From the NCBI GenBank assembly GCA_024679065.1, contig JAGIQG010000007.1:49166001-49230000 (forward strand): a DNA stretch of 64,000 bases, written 5' to 3'. Origin of the DNA: Sphyrna mokarran. Taxonomy: Eukaryota. This document shows positions 1-12,734 of the stretch, piece by piece. Numbering within the stretch: position 1 is the first letter of the stretch; the number at the start of each line of letters is the position of its first letter. Both the position numbers and the translations under genes were made by a program. A model generated the notes under the pieces. The model was given only the letters and a program-made list of their open reading frames with translations. It was not told where the DNA came from and searched no databases.

Positions 1-1305
1 GGTAATTCACTTTGGCAGAAATAACAAATGTGTAGAGTATAGGGCTAATGGTAGGACTCTTAATAATGTTGATGAACAGAGGGATCTTGGTGTATATGTG
101 CATAGATCCCTGAAAGCTGGCAATCAAGTCGATAAGGTTGTTAAGAAGGCATACGGAGTCTTAGCTTTTATTGGTAGAGGGATTGAATTTCGGAGCCGCA
201 ACGTCATGTTGCAACTGTACAAAACTCTGGTGCGGCCGCACTTGGAGTATTGTGTACAGTTCTGGTCCCTACATTATAAGAAAGATGTGGAGGCATTGGA
301 GAGGGTGCAGAGGAGGTTTACCAGGATGTAGAACATAGAACATAGAACATTACAGCGCAGAACAGGCCCTTCGGCCCTCGATGTTGCGCCGACCAATTAG
401 GAACAAGCAGTGACCCTCTAACCTAAACCATTCCCTTTTCCTCCATAAACTTATCTACTAACCTCTTAAACGCCACCAAACTTGGCGCATCTACAACTGA
501 TGCAGGCAAGGCATTCCATACCCTTACCACCCTCTGGGTAAAGAACCTACCTCTGACATCTGTCCTAAACCACCACCCCTTAATTTAAAGCTATGTCCCC
601 TCGTGCTAGCTTTCTCCATCCTAGGAAAAAGGCTATCACTGTCCAACCTATCTAAACCTCTAATCATCTTATATGTTTCAATAAGGTCTCCTCTTAGCCG
701 CCTTCTTTCTAACGAAAACAATCTCAAAGCCCTCAGCCTCTCTTCAGAAGACCTGCCTTCCATACCAGGCAACATCCTGGTAAACCTCCTCTGTACCCTT
801 TCCAATGCCTCCACATCTTTCTTATAGGATGTTGCCTGGTATGGAGGGCAGGTCTTATCAGGAGAGGCTGAGGGATTTGATGTTGTTTTCGTTAGAAAGA
901 AGGCGGCTAAGAGGAGACCTAATTGAAACATATAAGATGATTAGAGGTTTAGATAGGGTGGACAGTGATAGCCTTTTTCCTTGGATGGAGAAAGCTAGCA
1001 CGAGGGGACATAGCTTTAAATTAAGGGGTGGTAGTTATAGAACATTACAGCACAGAACAGGCCCTTCGTCCCTCGATGTTGCGCCAGAGGTAGGTTCTTT
1101 ACCCAGAGGATGGTAAGGGTATGGGATGCCCTGCCTGCTGCAGTTGTAGATGCGCCAAGTTTGGGGATGTTTAAATGGTCAGTGGATAGGTTTATGGATG
1201 AAAAGGGAATGGTTTAGGTTAGAAGGTCATTGCTTTTTCTTAATTGGTCGGCGCAACATCGAGGGACGAAGGGCCTGTTCTGTGCTGTAATGTTCTATGT
1301 TCTAT
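1..1305 (+). mobile_element. CR1-clade LINE (HER1-like), 3' part of ORF2 plus 3' UTR, interrupted by a nested copy
   Basis: Translation LYKTLVRPHLEYCVQFWS...ALERVQRRFTRM / LFSLERRRLRGDLIETYKM...TRGHSFKL is the typical CR1 ORF2 C-terminus; ends in a (TGTTCTA)n tail at about 1291-1305. Confidence 0.95.
330..825 (-). mobile_element. 5'-truncated CR1 copy of the same family, nested in antisense
   Basis: (TAGAACA)n tail at 330-350; minus ORF 524-931 gives YKKDVEALERVQRRFTRMLPG...RGDLIETYKM; flanked by AGGATGT at 323-329 and 826-832 (candidate TSD). Confidence 0.9.
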
Positions 1306-1499
1306 GTCCATCTCTTTTGTAAACAGTTTGTATCACTCTCACAACTTGTCTTTCCATTTAACTTTGTGTTGTCTGCAAATTTGGCAACAGTACATTGGCT
1401 GGCTTCCTTCCTCTAAGTCACTAATATATATTGCAAACAGTTGCAGTCCCAGCACTGATTCCTGTGAAACCCCAATGGTTCGTCAACCAGGAAAATAAC

Positions 1500-1702
1500 C
1501 AAAAGAGAAAATGCTAGAAAATCTCAGCAATCTGGCAGCATCTATAAGGAAAGAAAAGAGCTGACATTTCAAGTCCAGATGACCCTTTCTATCCCTTTTA
1601 GCTTTGAAAAAGATTCATCTGGACTTGAAATGTCAGTTCTTTTCTCTCCTTACAGATGCTGCAAGGCCTTGCATTTTCTCTTTTTGTTTCAGATTCCAGC
1701 AT
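1500..1702. mobile_element. Fold-back mini-element derived from a Penelope-like pLTR (family 2) with a decayed hammerhead motif
   Basis: Arms at about 1501-1589 and 1606-1687 are imperfect inverted repeats (GAGAAAATGC...GCAGCATCT...TTTCAAGTCCAGATGA vs TCATCTGGACTTGAAA...AGATGCTGC...GCATTTTCTC); right arm reads TTTGAAAA-(stem)-GAAATGTC. Confidence 0.6.
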
Positions 1703-1899
1703 GTGGACCCTCTCTATCTCTCACTGATCACAGGCAGAGTGGCAGCAGACCCCTTCTTCCCCCTCCCCCATCTAAGCAGAGAGCCATTGGACCCATGTTC
1801 TCCCCGCTCCCACAACTGATCTCAAGCAGAGAACCGTCTACGCTTGGCATTTGCCTCCTTACTAGCTGGAGCCCAAATTGGATTTATGTTTCCTGCCGA

Positions 1900-2119
1900 A
1901 TCTGAATGGATGAAGCACTGGTCAAGAGAGAAGTGCAGATAAAGTTGGGCGTGCTGCCAATTAAGTCAATTTAAATGCATGCATATGGCTATTTGTGGGC
2001 CTTGGTAAAGTGTGAGCCAGCACGGAGGTGGGCGCAGATTACGGTACTCGCTTCATGCCCGACTCTACCAAGTTTTCAAGCCCAAAAACGGGAGCAAACT
2101 TGATGTTAAAATCAGGCCT
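1900..2119 (-). mobile_element. MITE end fragment, same family as 31998-32975
   Basis: Reverse complement GGCCTGATTTTAACATCAAGTTTGCTCCCG...TGCATTTAAATTGACTTAAT aligns with the left end at 32000-32230. Confidence 0.55.
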
Positions 2120-2129
2120 ACTGTTTCCT

Positions 2130-3940
2130 GTCCATTAACCAATTTCCTATCATTGTCAATTTACTCCCACCAACGCCATGTGCTTTCCTGACTTAATGTT
2201 TTGTGAGGTATCTTGTCAAATAACTTCTGAAAATTCAAATACAACATATCCATTCTGGTTGAGACTTTCTTGAAAAACTGTAATTAACTAATCAGGCATG
2301 ATTTCCCTTTCACGAAGCCATTCTGATGCTGCTTGGTTTGATAATGATTTTCCAAATCTGCTGCTATTACTTCCTAAGTGATTGATTCCAACAGTTTTCC
2401 AACAATAGATGTCAGGCTAATCGTCCTATAGTAAACTGCTTTCTGCCTCCCTCCCTTTTTGTGCATGGGTATCATATTGCAGCTTTCTAATCCTCTGTTA
2501 CTTCTCCAGAATCCAAGGATTTTTGGAAAATTACAATGAATGCATTCACTATCTCTGTAGCTACTTTTTTTAGGATCCTAGAACACAAGCCATCGGGGCT
2601 TATCTGCCTTTAGCTCCATTAGTTTGTTTAATACTATATCGTTAGTGATAGTTCTTATTCCTTCCCCTATATTCTTTAGTATTAAGGGAATGTTCAAAGT
2701 AAAGACTGATGCAAAAGACAGCTGCTTTCATATCATTGTAGTCTTGCCTCAGGGAATAAAGTGAACTAGTGAACAGAAATACAGGTTACTTAGCAGCCTG
2801 GCAAACTGTAACAATCAGAAAAATAAATAAGAATATGAAAGGAAGAGGGCTAGAAATGTAAAAATAGCGAGTAAGGGTTTCTACAGGTATTTAAAAAGGA
2901 AAGGTGTAAGATGGCCTTCTAGAAAATGAGAATGGAGAGTCAATAGTAGATAATACAAAGATGGTGAATAAAATGAACAAATATTTTGCTTCTGTCTTCA
3001 CTATAGAGGATACAAAATACATCCTAGTAATAGCTGTAAGTCAAGGAGAGGAAAGGAGATTGGAACATGGTGAAATTATAATCACTAGGGAAGAGGTATT
3101 GAGCAACTTGATGCAGCTGTGGGTTGACAAGTCTCCAGGTCCACACAGACTTCAACCATTCTCACCAGTGGGATCTTCTGGTCCTACCAATGGCGAACAC
3201 CTGCTACAGGTTTCCTGATGGCAGAGCAACAGTAGAACAGGAAACCCCATTGACAGTGACCGAAACAGAAGGTCCCACCACCAGCTGATGCCATGCTGCC
3301 CCCACCTCCACAAAACACGCTGTGGGGTTTATGGAAAATCCCACTGCACATCTTGAATAGCGTGTACAGTGGCAGTCTCCTTATTTAAGGAAGGATGTGA
3401 ATGCATTAGAGGCAGGTCAGTGGAGGTTGATTAGGTTAGGTACCAGGAATGAATGGGTTATGAAGAAAGATCAGATAGACTGAACTTGTTTCCACTGGAA
3501 TTTAGAAGAGTAAAGAGTGAGCTGATTGAAGTATATAAGATCCTGAATGATCTTGACAAGATGGACATGGGAAGGATGTTTCTTCTTGTGGGGGAATCCA
3601 GAGATAGGAGTTATTGTTTTAAAATTAGGGACTATCCTTTTAGGGCAGAGATGAGGAGAATTTTTCTTTCTCAACAGATTCTGGAAGTCTCTGCCATAGA
3701 AGGTGATGGAGGTTGGGGGGGGTGGGATAATGGGGGGTGGTAAGTGGGTAATTGAAAATGTTTAAAGGTGGAAACAGATAAATTCTTGTTAGGCAAAAAA
3801 ATCAATGTCATTTGGCATAGATAGGAATGTGGAATTTGAAACATAGACAGACCAGCCAAGACCTTATTAAATGGCAGAGCAAAATTGAAAGGCAGAATGA
3901 CCTGCTTCTGCTCCTAATTCATAGATTCATATATTCATAA
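2130..3940. mobile_element. Old CR1 ORF2 fragments (minus about 2130-2700; plus about 2830-3150 and 3350-3940)
   Basis: NKYFASVFT...DKSPGP and LFPLEFRRVKSELIEVYKIL...ESRDRSYCFKIR are decayed CR1 ORF2 motifs. Confidence 0.75.
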
Positions 3941-4978
3941 CATGAAAATTCCTTCCAAGGTTGGGACCAACTTTACCTGCATCTGGAAATTGCTCAAATC
4001 CGTTATTATGGAGGATATAACAGCATACTTTAACACAAAAATTGGATGAAGAGCAACTTAAAAATAAGATAGACTTGGATTTCCAAAAGCCATCGAAGAA
4101 GATGTCACATCAAAGGGTACTACATGAGATTAAGAGCATACAGTGTATTGGGCAACATATAAGCATAATGAAAGATAGATTAGCTAACAGGAAGCACAGT
4201 TGGAATAAATGAGTCTTTTTTGGGGTAGCAAACTCAGTTATAATAAATTCCAATGGGCAGGAATATTTATTTTAGAGAAACATGGGGGGTTAAATTGATA
4301 TGTATTGGATTAGACTTTGACTGATTCAATAGGTTATTTGAGATGAATATTTATGGTAGGAGCAAGGTACATGTACACAAAATTAACTAACAAAATCAAT
4401 ATAAATTAAATATAAACTAACTGGCAAATTGTATTAAATAGAAACCATAAATTATACCTTATATAGTTGATACAATGCAATTAAATAAAAATAAGAATAA
4501 GTCTCATGAATTCATTGGTAGTTCTCTGAGCATAAATGTAGCACCACACAATGTTTCGAAGTCCTTTACAATGCTATCTTCTGCTAGATGTTATTTATTT
4601 ACTTTTTAGCCACAAGTAGGCTTACATTAACACTGTAATGAAGTTACTGTAAAAATTCCCTTCAACTTTCCCTTTGATATTCCCTTTGATAAGCTGGATT
4701 TGACCCTCAAATCACACTGACAACGGCTTATCTCCATCCAGGTTCCACAGATATGGATATCAACAAAACAGTGCACTTCTGCTGAACCCTTGTAGTTTAG
4801 CTCATGAGAATCCTGATGATATGGATTCCTCAGATTTACCTTCATCCAACCATTCAATAACACCCCAACAGACAGTATTGCTGGATCTGGTAAAAACTGA
4901 AGCAGTGGTAGTGACTTTATTCTCTATTGCTACTGTCAACCAAACCTTCAGTTTTTCCATTTCACAGCTGTCTTATAC

Positions 4979-5763
4979 AGAACATAAAACATAGAACATT
5001 ACAGCGCAGAACAGGCCCTTCGGCCCTCGATGTTGCGCCGACCAATTAAGAAAAAGCAATGACCCTCTAACCTAAACCATTCCCTTTTCATCCATAAATC
5101 TATCCACTGACCACTTAAACGCCCCCAAACTTGGCGCATCTACAACTGCAGCAGGCAGGGCATTCCATACCCTTACCACCCTCTGGGTAAAGAACCTACC
5201 TCTGACATCTATCCTATAACTACCACCCCTTAATTTAAAGCTATGTCCCCTGGTGCTAGCTTTCTCCATCCAATGAAAAAGGCTATCACTGTCCACCCTA
5301 TCTAATCCCCTGATCATTTATATGCTTCAATAAGGTCTCCTCTTAGCTGCCTTTTTTCCAATGAAAACAACCTCAAATCCCTCAGCCTCTCCTCATAAGA
5401 CCTGCCCTCCATACCAGGCAACATCCTGGTAAACCTCCTCTGTACCCTCTCCAATGCCTCCACATCTTTCTTATAATTTGGGGACCAGAACTGTACACAA
5501 TACTCCAAGTGCGGCTGCACCAGAGTTTTGTACAGTTGCAACATGACATTGTAGCTCCGAAATTCAATCCCCCTACCAATAACAGCTAAGACTCCGTATG
5601 CCTTCTTAACAACCTTATCAACTTGATTGCCAACTTTCAGGGATTTATGCACATATACACCAACATCCCTCTGTTCATCAACACTATTAAGAGACCTACC
5701 ATTAGCCCTATACTCTATACATTTGTTATTTCTGCCAAAGTGAATTACCTCACACTTTTCCGC
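4979..5763 (-). mobile_element. CR1 LINE 3' fragment, same family as 1-1305
   Basis: ORFs 5314-5652 and 5072-5317 are nearly identical to the copy at 1-1305; (TAGAACA)n-type tail at about 4979-5000. Confidence 0.95.
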
Positions 5764-6284
5764 ACAGCTTCTCAGCTTGTTTCTACTGCTCCTGCTGAAA
5801 CCTGCACACTTGAGAACTCTCTCCCTCTGTTCAATCAGCTTCTATCTTCCCAACAACCTAAGCTGTAGGCTGACCTTCCAATGGTCTAATATCGCAGCCA
5901 AGAATCCCAATCTCCCACCCCAGCTTCCGAGAAACATCAAGTTTCAGTTTCTCTTCTGGTTAGTAACAAAAATACAGGTTTTGAAACCAGAAGTAATGCA
6001 GGCAACAACTCACATACTCCAGATTTCGTCACATTATTCTATCACACTTCTGACCAGCTTCTCCTGTTTTATCCACTGCAAATCTAAGGTCATTCAAAGC
6101 TCTCCTGTTGTATCCTACACCTCTTAATTCTTTTTCCCTTAAATTGCTGAGCACCCAACTTTCCTTCTAGTGCCAGTTGACATTGTTAGTAGTTTCCTTT
6201 TCCCACATACTGTTTCTATTCGATTCCATGATTAAAATCTATAATTATCACCTTCCTCCTCAAAACAAATCTTTGGTCTTGTGC

Positions 6285-6605
6285 AACACAATGGCACAGT
6301 GGTTAGATCTGCTGCTTCACATCACTGGGGGCCCAGGTTCAATTCCAATTCGGGTTAACTATGTTGAGTTTGCAAATTATTCCCATGTCTACATGAGTTT
6401 CTTCTAGGTGCTTTGGTTTCCTCCCACAATCCAAAGATGTGCAGGTCAGGTTGATTGACCATGCTAAATTGTCCAATAGTGACAGGGATACTAGAGGGAT
6501 AAATATGTGGTGTGTATGGAATGGGGCTTGGGTGGGTTTGTGGTCGGTGCAAACTCAACGAGCTGAATGGCCTCCATCTGCACTGTCGGGATTCTGTGAT
6601 TCTAT
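6285..6605 (+). mobile_element. HE1/V-SINE-type tRNA-derived SINE
   Basis: tRNA-like head TGGCACAGTGGTTAG...GGTTCAATTCC, core GGTTTCCTCCCACAATCCAAAGATGTGCAGGT, tail GATTCTGTGATTCTATG. Confidence 0.9.
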
Positions 6606-6629
6606 GGACTCCCAACTGGTTTCATTCTT

Positions 6630-7008
6630 ATAGAAACATATAAGATTATGAAGGGAATAGATAAGATAGAAGCAGGGAAGTTGTTTTCACTGGTGGTGAA
6701 ACTAGAATTACGGGCATAGCCTTAATAAGGGGAAGCAGATTTAGGAATGAGTTGAGGAATTTCTTCACACAAAGGGCTATGAATCTGTAGAATTCCCTGC
6801 CCAGTGAAGCAGGGTTACCTCATTGAATGTTTTTAAGGCAAGGATAGATACATTTTTGAACAGTAGAGGAACTAAGGGTTATGGTGAGCAGGTGGGTAAG
6901 TGGAGCTGAATTCACGAAAAGATCAGCCATGATCTTATTGAATGGTGGAGCAGGCTTGAGGGGCCAGATGATCTATTCCTACCTTAGTTCTTATGTTCTT
7001 ATGTTCTT
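6630..7008 (+). mobile_element. CR1 LINE 3' end (second subfamily)
   Basis: ETYKIMKGIDK...FFTQR...NSLP-like sequence and a (TTCTTATG)n tail. Confidence 0.85.
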
Positions 7009-7412
7009 CTTCACCCATTTTTCCTCTGCTTGCTGATCTATTTTTGTTCCAGGTTAAACTATACCTTGCTATTAAAATTCTTACCATTGTTTTCAAATCC
7101 CTCCATTGACTTATTGTACATTCCTTCCTGTGGTCTCACTCTTACCTTAGAGCGCCCCAGAATTCAACCAATTCTGCCCTCTTAAGTTTCCCAATTTTAT
7201 TGTTCCACCATTGGCAGATGTTTAACTGTCCTGGCCCTAAATGCTACAATTTCCTCTAACTCTCCCTTCTTTTCTAACTCACTGTCTTTTCTTTAAGATA
7301 ATTCTTAAAATTTGCCCCTTCAATAAAATTTTGATCACCTGTCCTAGTACTGCCTTACATAAATTTCTGTCCAATTCTGCTTGATAATTCTTGCTAAATA
7401 TTTTGGAACAAT

Positions 7413-7690
7413 GCATCCTGGATATTCTGCCTTCCAGCTTCTTCCATCAGGAAAAAGATACAAAAGTCTGAGGATATGTACTAACCAACTATTTCCTTCT
7501 GCCAACAGGCTTTTGAACCTGTCTCACATTAAGTTGGTCTTCCTTTATGCCCTAGCTGTGACTTTAACACTACATTCTGCACTCTCTCCTTTCCTTCTCT
7601 ATGAACGGTATGCTTTGTCTGTATAGCATGTAAGAAATAATATTTTTCACTGTACATTAATACATGTCACAATACTAGATCAAGTCAAAT
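7413..7690 (+). mobile_element. Rex1/Babar LINE 3' end
   Basis: HPGYSAFQLLPSGKRYKSL matches the C-terminus of the Rex1 copy at 10203-11920 (HPGHSLFHLLPSGKRYKS). Confidence 0.75.
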
Positions 7691-8324
7691 TATTACATTA
7701 AAGGCATGATGCAAGTTAGTGTGGCTTTCCAGTTTGACTGTGACTTTTAATACTGAATAGATTACTTGCCATAAACCCGGTTAATTTCAAAAGTATCATT
7801 TTAAAATGTTTCTGTCTTTCAATTATTCCATGTGTAACTCTTAGATTCACTAAAAATTAACCTTTAGCTGTATGTTTTTAATGCTCCATGGAATATTCTA
7901 AAGCCCTGGAGATAAAGATAGTATCCAATTCCTAACAAGCTACAACCTTTGTTGTTTGCAATTAGGGGAAGAAGATTGATATTCAGAAAAAAATTGAGCC
8001 AAATTTGTTGAAGATCAGATTTTAATTTAACCTCTGCATCTTATCTGTAATCATTGCATAGCTTTAATGATGAAATTTATTTCTCGTGCTGTGCTGTGAT
8101 TTCTAAGGTGCAAGAAATGGTTGTGATAATTTATCCTTCTTGGTTATATTAGAACAGCTCCTGCCACAAAAGCTCTGGAAAACATATTAGATGCATCACT
8201 TACTGCTGTTAATTTCTTGGAACTGTTTAAAGTGTAAAATTAAACTTGTATCTAGCTTGATTTTCGTTTTTGCAAAGTGACTCTTAAAGTTTGTTGAGAA
8301 TACTGAACTTGTTAAATGTATTTT

Positions 8325-8680
8325 GTCCATAGTATGTGGACGACATAAGCAAGACCAGCACTTGTTGCCTATCCCTAATTGCCCTTGAATTGATTTTCTT
8401 TCTTGGCCATTGTCGAGCAAAATGCAGAGACAACCCCATTACTGTGTCTCTAGAGTCATATATAAACCGGACTGGGTCAGGATGGCAGATTTCCTCCCCT
8501 AAAGGACATTAGTGAACCAGATGGGTTTTTATGGCCATTAATAGTTTCATGTTCACCATCACTTTATACCCAAGATTTAATAATTGAATTTAAATTCCAC
8601 CAGTTACCATGAAGCTATGTCCCCAGAGCATTAATCTATATCTTTGGATTACTAGTCCAGTTACGTAGCCACCACAATAT
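8325..8680 (-). mobile_element. tRNA-type SINE family 2 (tail GGATGGGCAATAAATGCTGG...)
   Basis: Reverse complement of the element at 9656-9990 (CCTAAAGGACATTAGTGAACCAGATGGGTTTT; GCCTATCCCTAATTGCCCTTG). Confidence 0.75.
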
Positions 8681-9300
8681 TGCATCAAAAAGTCATCAAT
8701 AAAAAATGAACTTACAGTCCCCCTTCACTATTTCATAAATAATTCAAGTGATTTTTTTCTTTCTAATTTAGTACATTGATAGCACTGCATGACAAGGAAC
8801 TTTGTGGCATTAGTCCAAAAGTTAATATTTTCCCAGTTTTAAATTCTGGCCCTTTCCTTATGCTTTAGTTTAAATTGAAATTGTCCAGGCACTGGGTTTT
8901 TATGTCTTGTTAATTTTCATTTCATGTTTCAATATTGTTTAACAAGTGAGAGGAATAGTGAGTAACCAATCAGTTTAACATGAGATCAAGCAATTAAGGA
9001 TGGGCAATGAATGATGACCGAGTCCTGTGAAGACTACATCCCATAAATTAGTTTAAAAGCAAGGTTGCCCCTTGTGAAACAGCTACAACATTAGAATTGA
9101 GAGTGAGATAGTAAACTTTATGTGCAAGTTGGTATTTGTTATTGAAAATATTACTGAGTCCCAATCTTTTGGACCATTCTTCCTCTTCTCACCACCTCAG
9201 ATTTCTCTTCCTCCTTATTCTTTTCCTGTTTTTCTGTTCCTCTAAATATCTTCTCATTTTGCAGCTGCATTGTCATCCTGCACTACATACAAAATTTGCA

Positions 9301-10170
9301 ATGGATGGCAATAACCTTGAATATTTTGGCTGGGCTAAAAATTAATGTCTTGTCGAAGCAGGTCAGGCTATAACCTTGCATACTTTGGACTATAGAGGAA
9401 TACTAGAGATGATTTAAACTAGAGCGCACTATAGAAGATGTTCCAAACAGCAACACTGTTCTTTCTCCACTGTGGCTCGTGGTGGGATGGCTTTCATTGT
9501 ACAAATGCTTTCAGAGTGCATTAAGATTCTTGTTTGGTTCCCAGGGGCAAGCTGCAATGGGAAGGCTTTCTTGGCTAAAAGCTATTCTGATATCCTGTTA
9601 CCTTCAAACAATATGGAAAATGTATAATATTGCATTAGCATCATGCATGACAATGGGGAGGCAATGGCCTTGTGCCATTATTGTTAGACTGTTAATCCAG
9701 AAACTCAGCTAATGTTCTAGGGACCTGGTTTTGAATCCCACAATGGCAGATGGTGGAATTTGAATTCAGTAAAAAATACCTGGAAATAAGAATCCACTGA
9801 TGAGCATTATTAACCACTGTCGATTGTCAGAAAAACCCTTTAAGGAAGAAGGTCTGCCATTCTTACCTGATCTGGTCTACATGTGTCTCCAAATCCATAA
9901 CTATCCTCTGAACAAGAGTAACTAGGGATGGGCAATAAATGCTGGCCAGCCAGTGATGCCCATATCTCATGAATGTATAAAAGAAATCAATGTGCTCTGA
10001 AACATCCTACAATTTTTCTGCTTCCAGTAATTATGAAGCTTATTACACAACCTTAAACTACACCAAAGTAGCAATGGAAATATTCTCGACTGCTTCTTGG
10101 GAAGGCATCCTAGTTTGTAAAGCTGCTCTGTTCAGTTGGTCTCTCCTTTGCTTTGGGAGAGTGATTAAAT
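9301..10170 (+). pseudogene. Putative decayed SF3 helicase fragment (parvovirus NS1 / papillomavirus E1-like), split by a SINE
   Basis: Frame from 9301 has only two stops before 9627 and reads KILVWFPGASCNGKAFLAKSY (Walker A-like GxxxxGK at 9544-9564 after a hydrophobic strand); resumes after the SINE as SYNFSAS...MEIFSTASWEG. Confidence 0.35.
9656..9990 (+). mobile_element. tRNA-type SINE family 2
   Basis: GGGAGGCAATGGCC...GGTTTTGAATCCCACAATGGCAG...GGATGGGCAATAAATGCTGGCCAGCC; near copy at 31485-31805. Confidence 0.8.
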
Positions 10171-10202
10171 GATATTCCAGCTCATATATGCTATCAGGGA
10201 TT

Positions 10203-11920
10203 TTTGATTTGATTTATTATTATCCCACGTATTAACATAAAATGAAAAGAATTATTTATTGCATGCTATACAGACAAAGCATACTGTTCATAGAGAAGGA
10301 AATGAGAGAGTGTAAAATGTGGTGTTACAGTCATAGCTAGGATGCAGAGAAAGATCAGCTTAATCTAAGGTAGGTCCATTCAAAAGTCTGACAGCAACAG
10401 GGAAGAAGCTGTTCTTGAATCAGTTGGTACATGACTTTTGTATCTTTTTCCCGATGGAAGAAGGTGGAAGAGAGAATGTCCGGGGTGCGTGGGATCCTTA
10501 ATTATGGTGGCTGCTTTGCCGAGACTGTGGGAAGTACAGACAGAGTCAATGGATGGGAGGCTGGTTTGTGTGATGGATTGGGCTACATTCATGACCTTTT
10601 GTAGTTCTTGCAGTCTTGGGCAGAGCAGAAGCCACACCAAACTGTGATAAAACCAAAAAGAATGCTTTCTGTGGTGCATCTGTAAAAGTTGGTGAGAGTC
10701 GCAGTTGACATGTCAAATTTCCTTAGTCTTCTGAGAATGTAGAAGTGTTGATGGGCTTTCTTTACTATAGTGTTGGTATGGGGGGTGCGGAAGGAGGGGT
10801 GCAGGATGGGTTGTTGGCAATTTAGACACCTAAAAACTTGAAGCTCTTGACCTTTTCTACTTTGTCACAGTTGACGTAGACATAGGTATGTTCTCCTTTA
10901 CTCTTTGCTTTGTTGACAGTGAGGCAAAGATAATTGTTGCTATACCAGTTCACCAGGTTCTCTATCTTATTTCTGTACTCTTGTCTGAGATCCAATCCAT
11001 TTTGCTGCTGTCATCAGTAAACTTGAAAATCAAATTGGAGAGGAATTTGGCCACATTATTAGATGTATAAGAAGTATAGTAGGGGGCCTTGTGGAGCATC
11101 AGTGTTGAGGATTATCGTGAAGGAGGCGTTGTTGCCTATCCTTACTGATTGCAGTTTGTGAGTTAGAAATTTCAAGATCCAGTCACAGAGGGAGGTGCCG
11201 AGGGCCAGGCAACAGAGTTTGGAGATGAACTTCATGGGAATAATGGTGTTGAAGGCTAAGCTGTAGTCAATAAATTGGAGTCTGACATAGGTGTCCTTGT
11301 TATCTAGGCTTGAGTGCAGGACCAGGAAGATGGAGTGTGTTGTGGATCTGTTGCAGCAGTAGGCAAACTGCCGTAGATCCAGGTGGTTTGGGAGTCTGGA
11401 ATTGACTCTTGCCATGACTAGTCTTTCAAAGCACTCATTAAGGCATACAGCTTGGTTTTTCTTAGGTACTGGGATAATGGTCATCTTCTTGACACAAATA
11501 GGAACCTCAGATTGTTGTAAAGGGAGGCTGAAGATGTCTGTGAATACCCCCACCAGCTGGTCCACACAGATCTGCATGCTCGTCCTGGTACCCCATCTGG
11601 TGCAGTTGCTTTTCGTGGGTTGATCTTCGAGAAAGCTGCTCTAACATCTGCAATGCTGACCCCAGATATAGGTTCATACAGGGCATCCAGATTGGAGGGC
11701 ATGCTCTAGCTGACTTCTTGCTCGAAAGGAGTGTAGAATGCAATCAGCTTATAAGAAGGGATACATTGGAGCCGACAATTTTACATGCTTTGATCTTGTA
11801 GTCTGTTATGTCTTGCAGACCTTGCCATAGTCAGCAGGGCCTAGTGTGGCTACCCTGGGACTCTAGCTTGGTATGCTACTGTCTTTTGACATCTTTGATG
11901 GATCTCCTTAGATCATATCT
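10203..11920 (-). mobile_element. Rex1/Babar-clade LINE, decayed RT and 3' end
   Basis: KATAPDGVPGRA, CFERLVMARV...QFAY..NRST...YVRLQFIDYSLAFNTIIP...APQG; AATAAATCAAATC-type tail at about 10203-10220. Confidence 0.9.
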
Positions 11921-12734
11921 ACTGTTTGTTTAATAAAGATGTGGACTACAAATTGGCTGATTTATTTTCAATGACATAGATCCATAACAGGCAACAGGAA
12001 GAATTTTAGTTCTGGAGTTAGGAACCTGATGTTAGGTGCTGACCTCACTCTGTATTAGTGCATACAAAAACAGAAAATGCTGTAAAGTCTCAGTAGGTTT
12101 GACAGCACCTGTGGAGAGAGAATAGAGCCAATATGCATGATGAATGTTGCACGATTGGCAATATAATTTTCATGGCCATGGAGTTAATTGGGCACCCAAT
12201 ATTGGAAGTTGAGATGGGGAAGGGGTGCTTCAGAGCCACTGATCTTTTTGTGTGTGTGGCACAGTAGCATAGCAGTTCGCATTGCTGCCTCAGTGCCAGG
12301 GACCCAGGTTCAATTCTGATCTTGTGGAGTTTGCATGTTTTCTTCCAAGTGCTCTGGTTTCCTCCCACAATCCAAAGATGTATAGGTTAAATTATATTAA
12401 ATATTAAGGTAATTCATTATGAGCAGGGCCCAAACCAGCCAGTTCCAGACAACTTTTCAAAAACGCATGGAAGATAGGGCCACTTTGGTGAGCTAGTGTG
12501 CCGTACATTGTTACTGATTTTACATTTGGTCAGCCCCATCTCCTCTGGAGGTCAAAAATCATGCACAACACCTCTATGACTGAAGTTGCAGTGAAGCTGA
12601 AGAGATAGGAACGGGTCTCAGCTGACATTTTGTTATAGAAATGGCATGGTCTGTATCAGATCTTGAAATAACAGCAGGTTGTGCGATGCCCTTGCACCTG
12701 GAAATATTGTCTACGTCACATTCATAGATGTTAT

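Noticed and set aside
6285-6360. tRNA-like A/B-box sequence (also at 38865, 62095 and others)
   Set aside because: These are SINE heads followed by the SINE core and tail, not tRNA genes.
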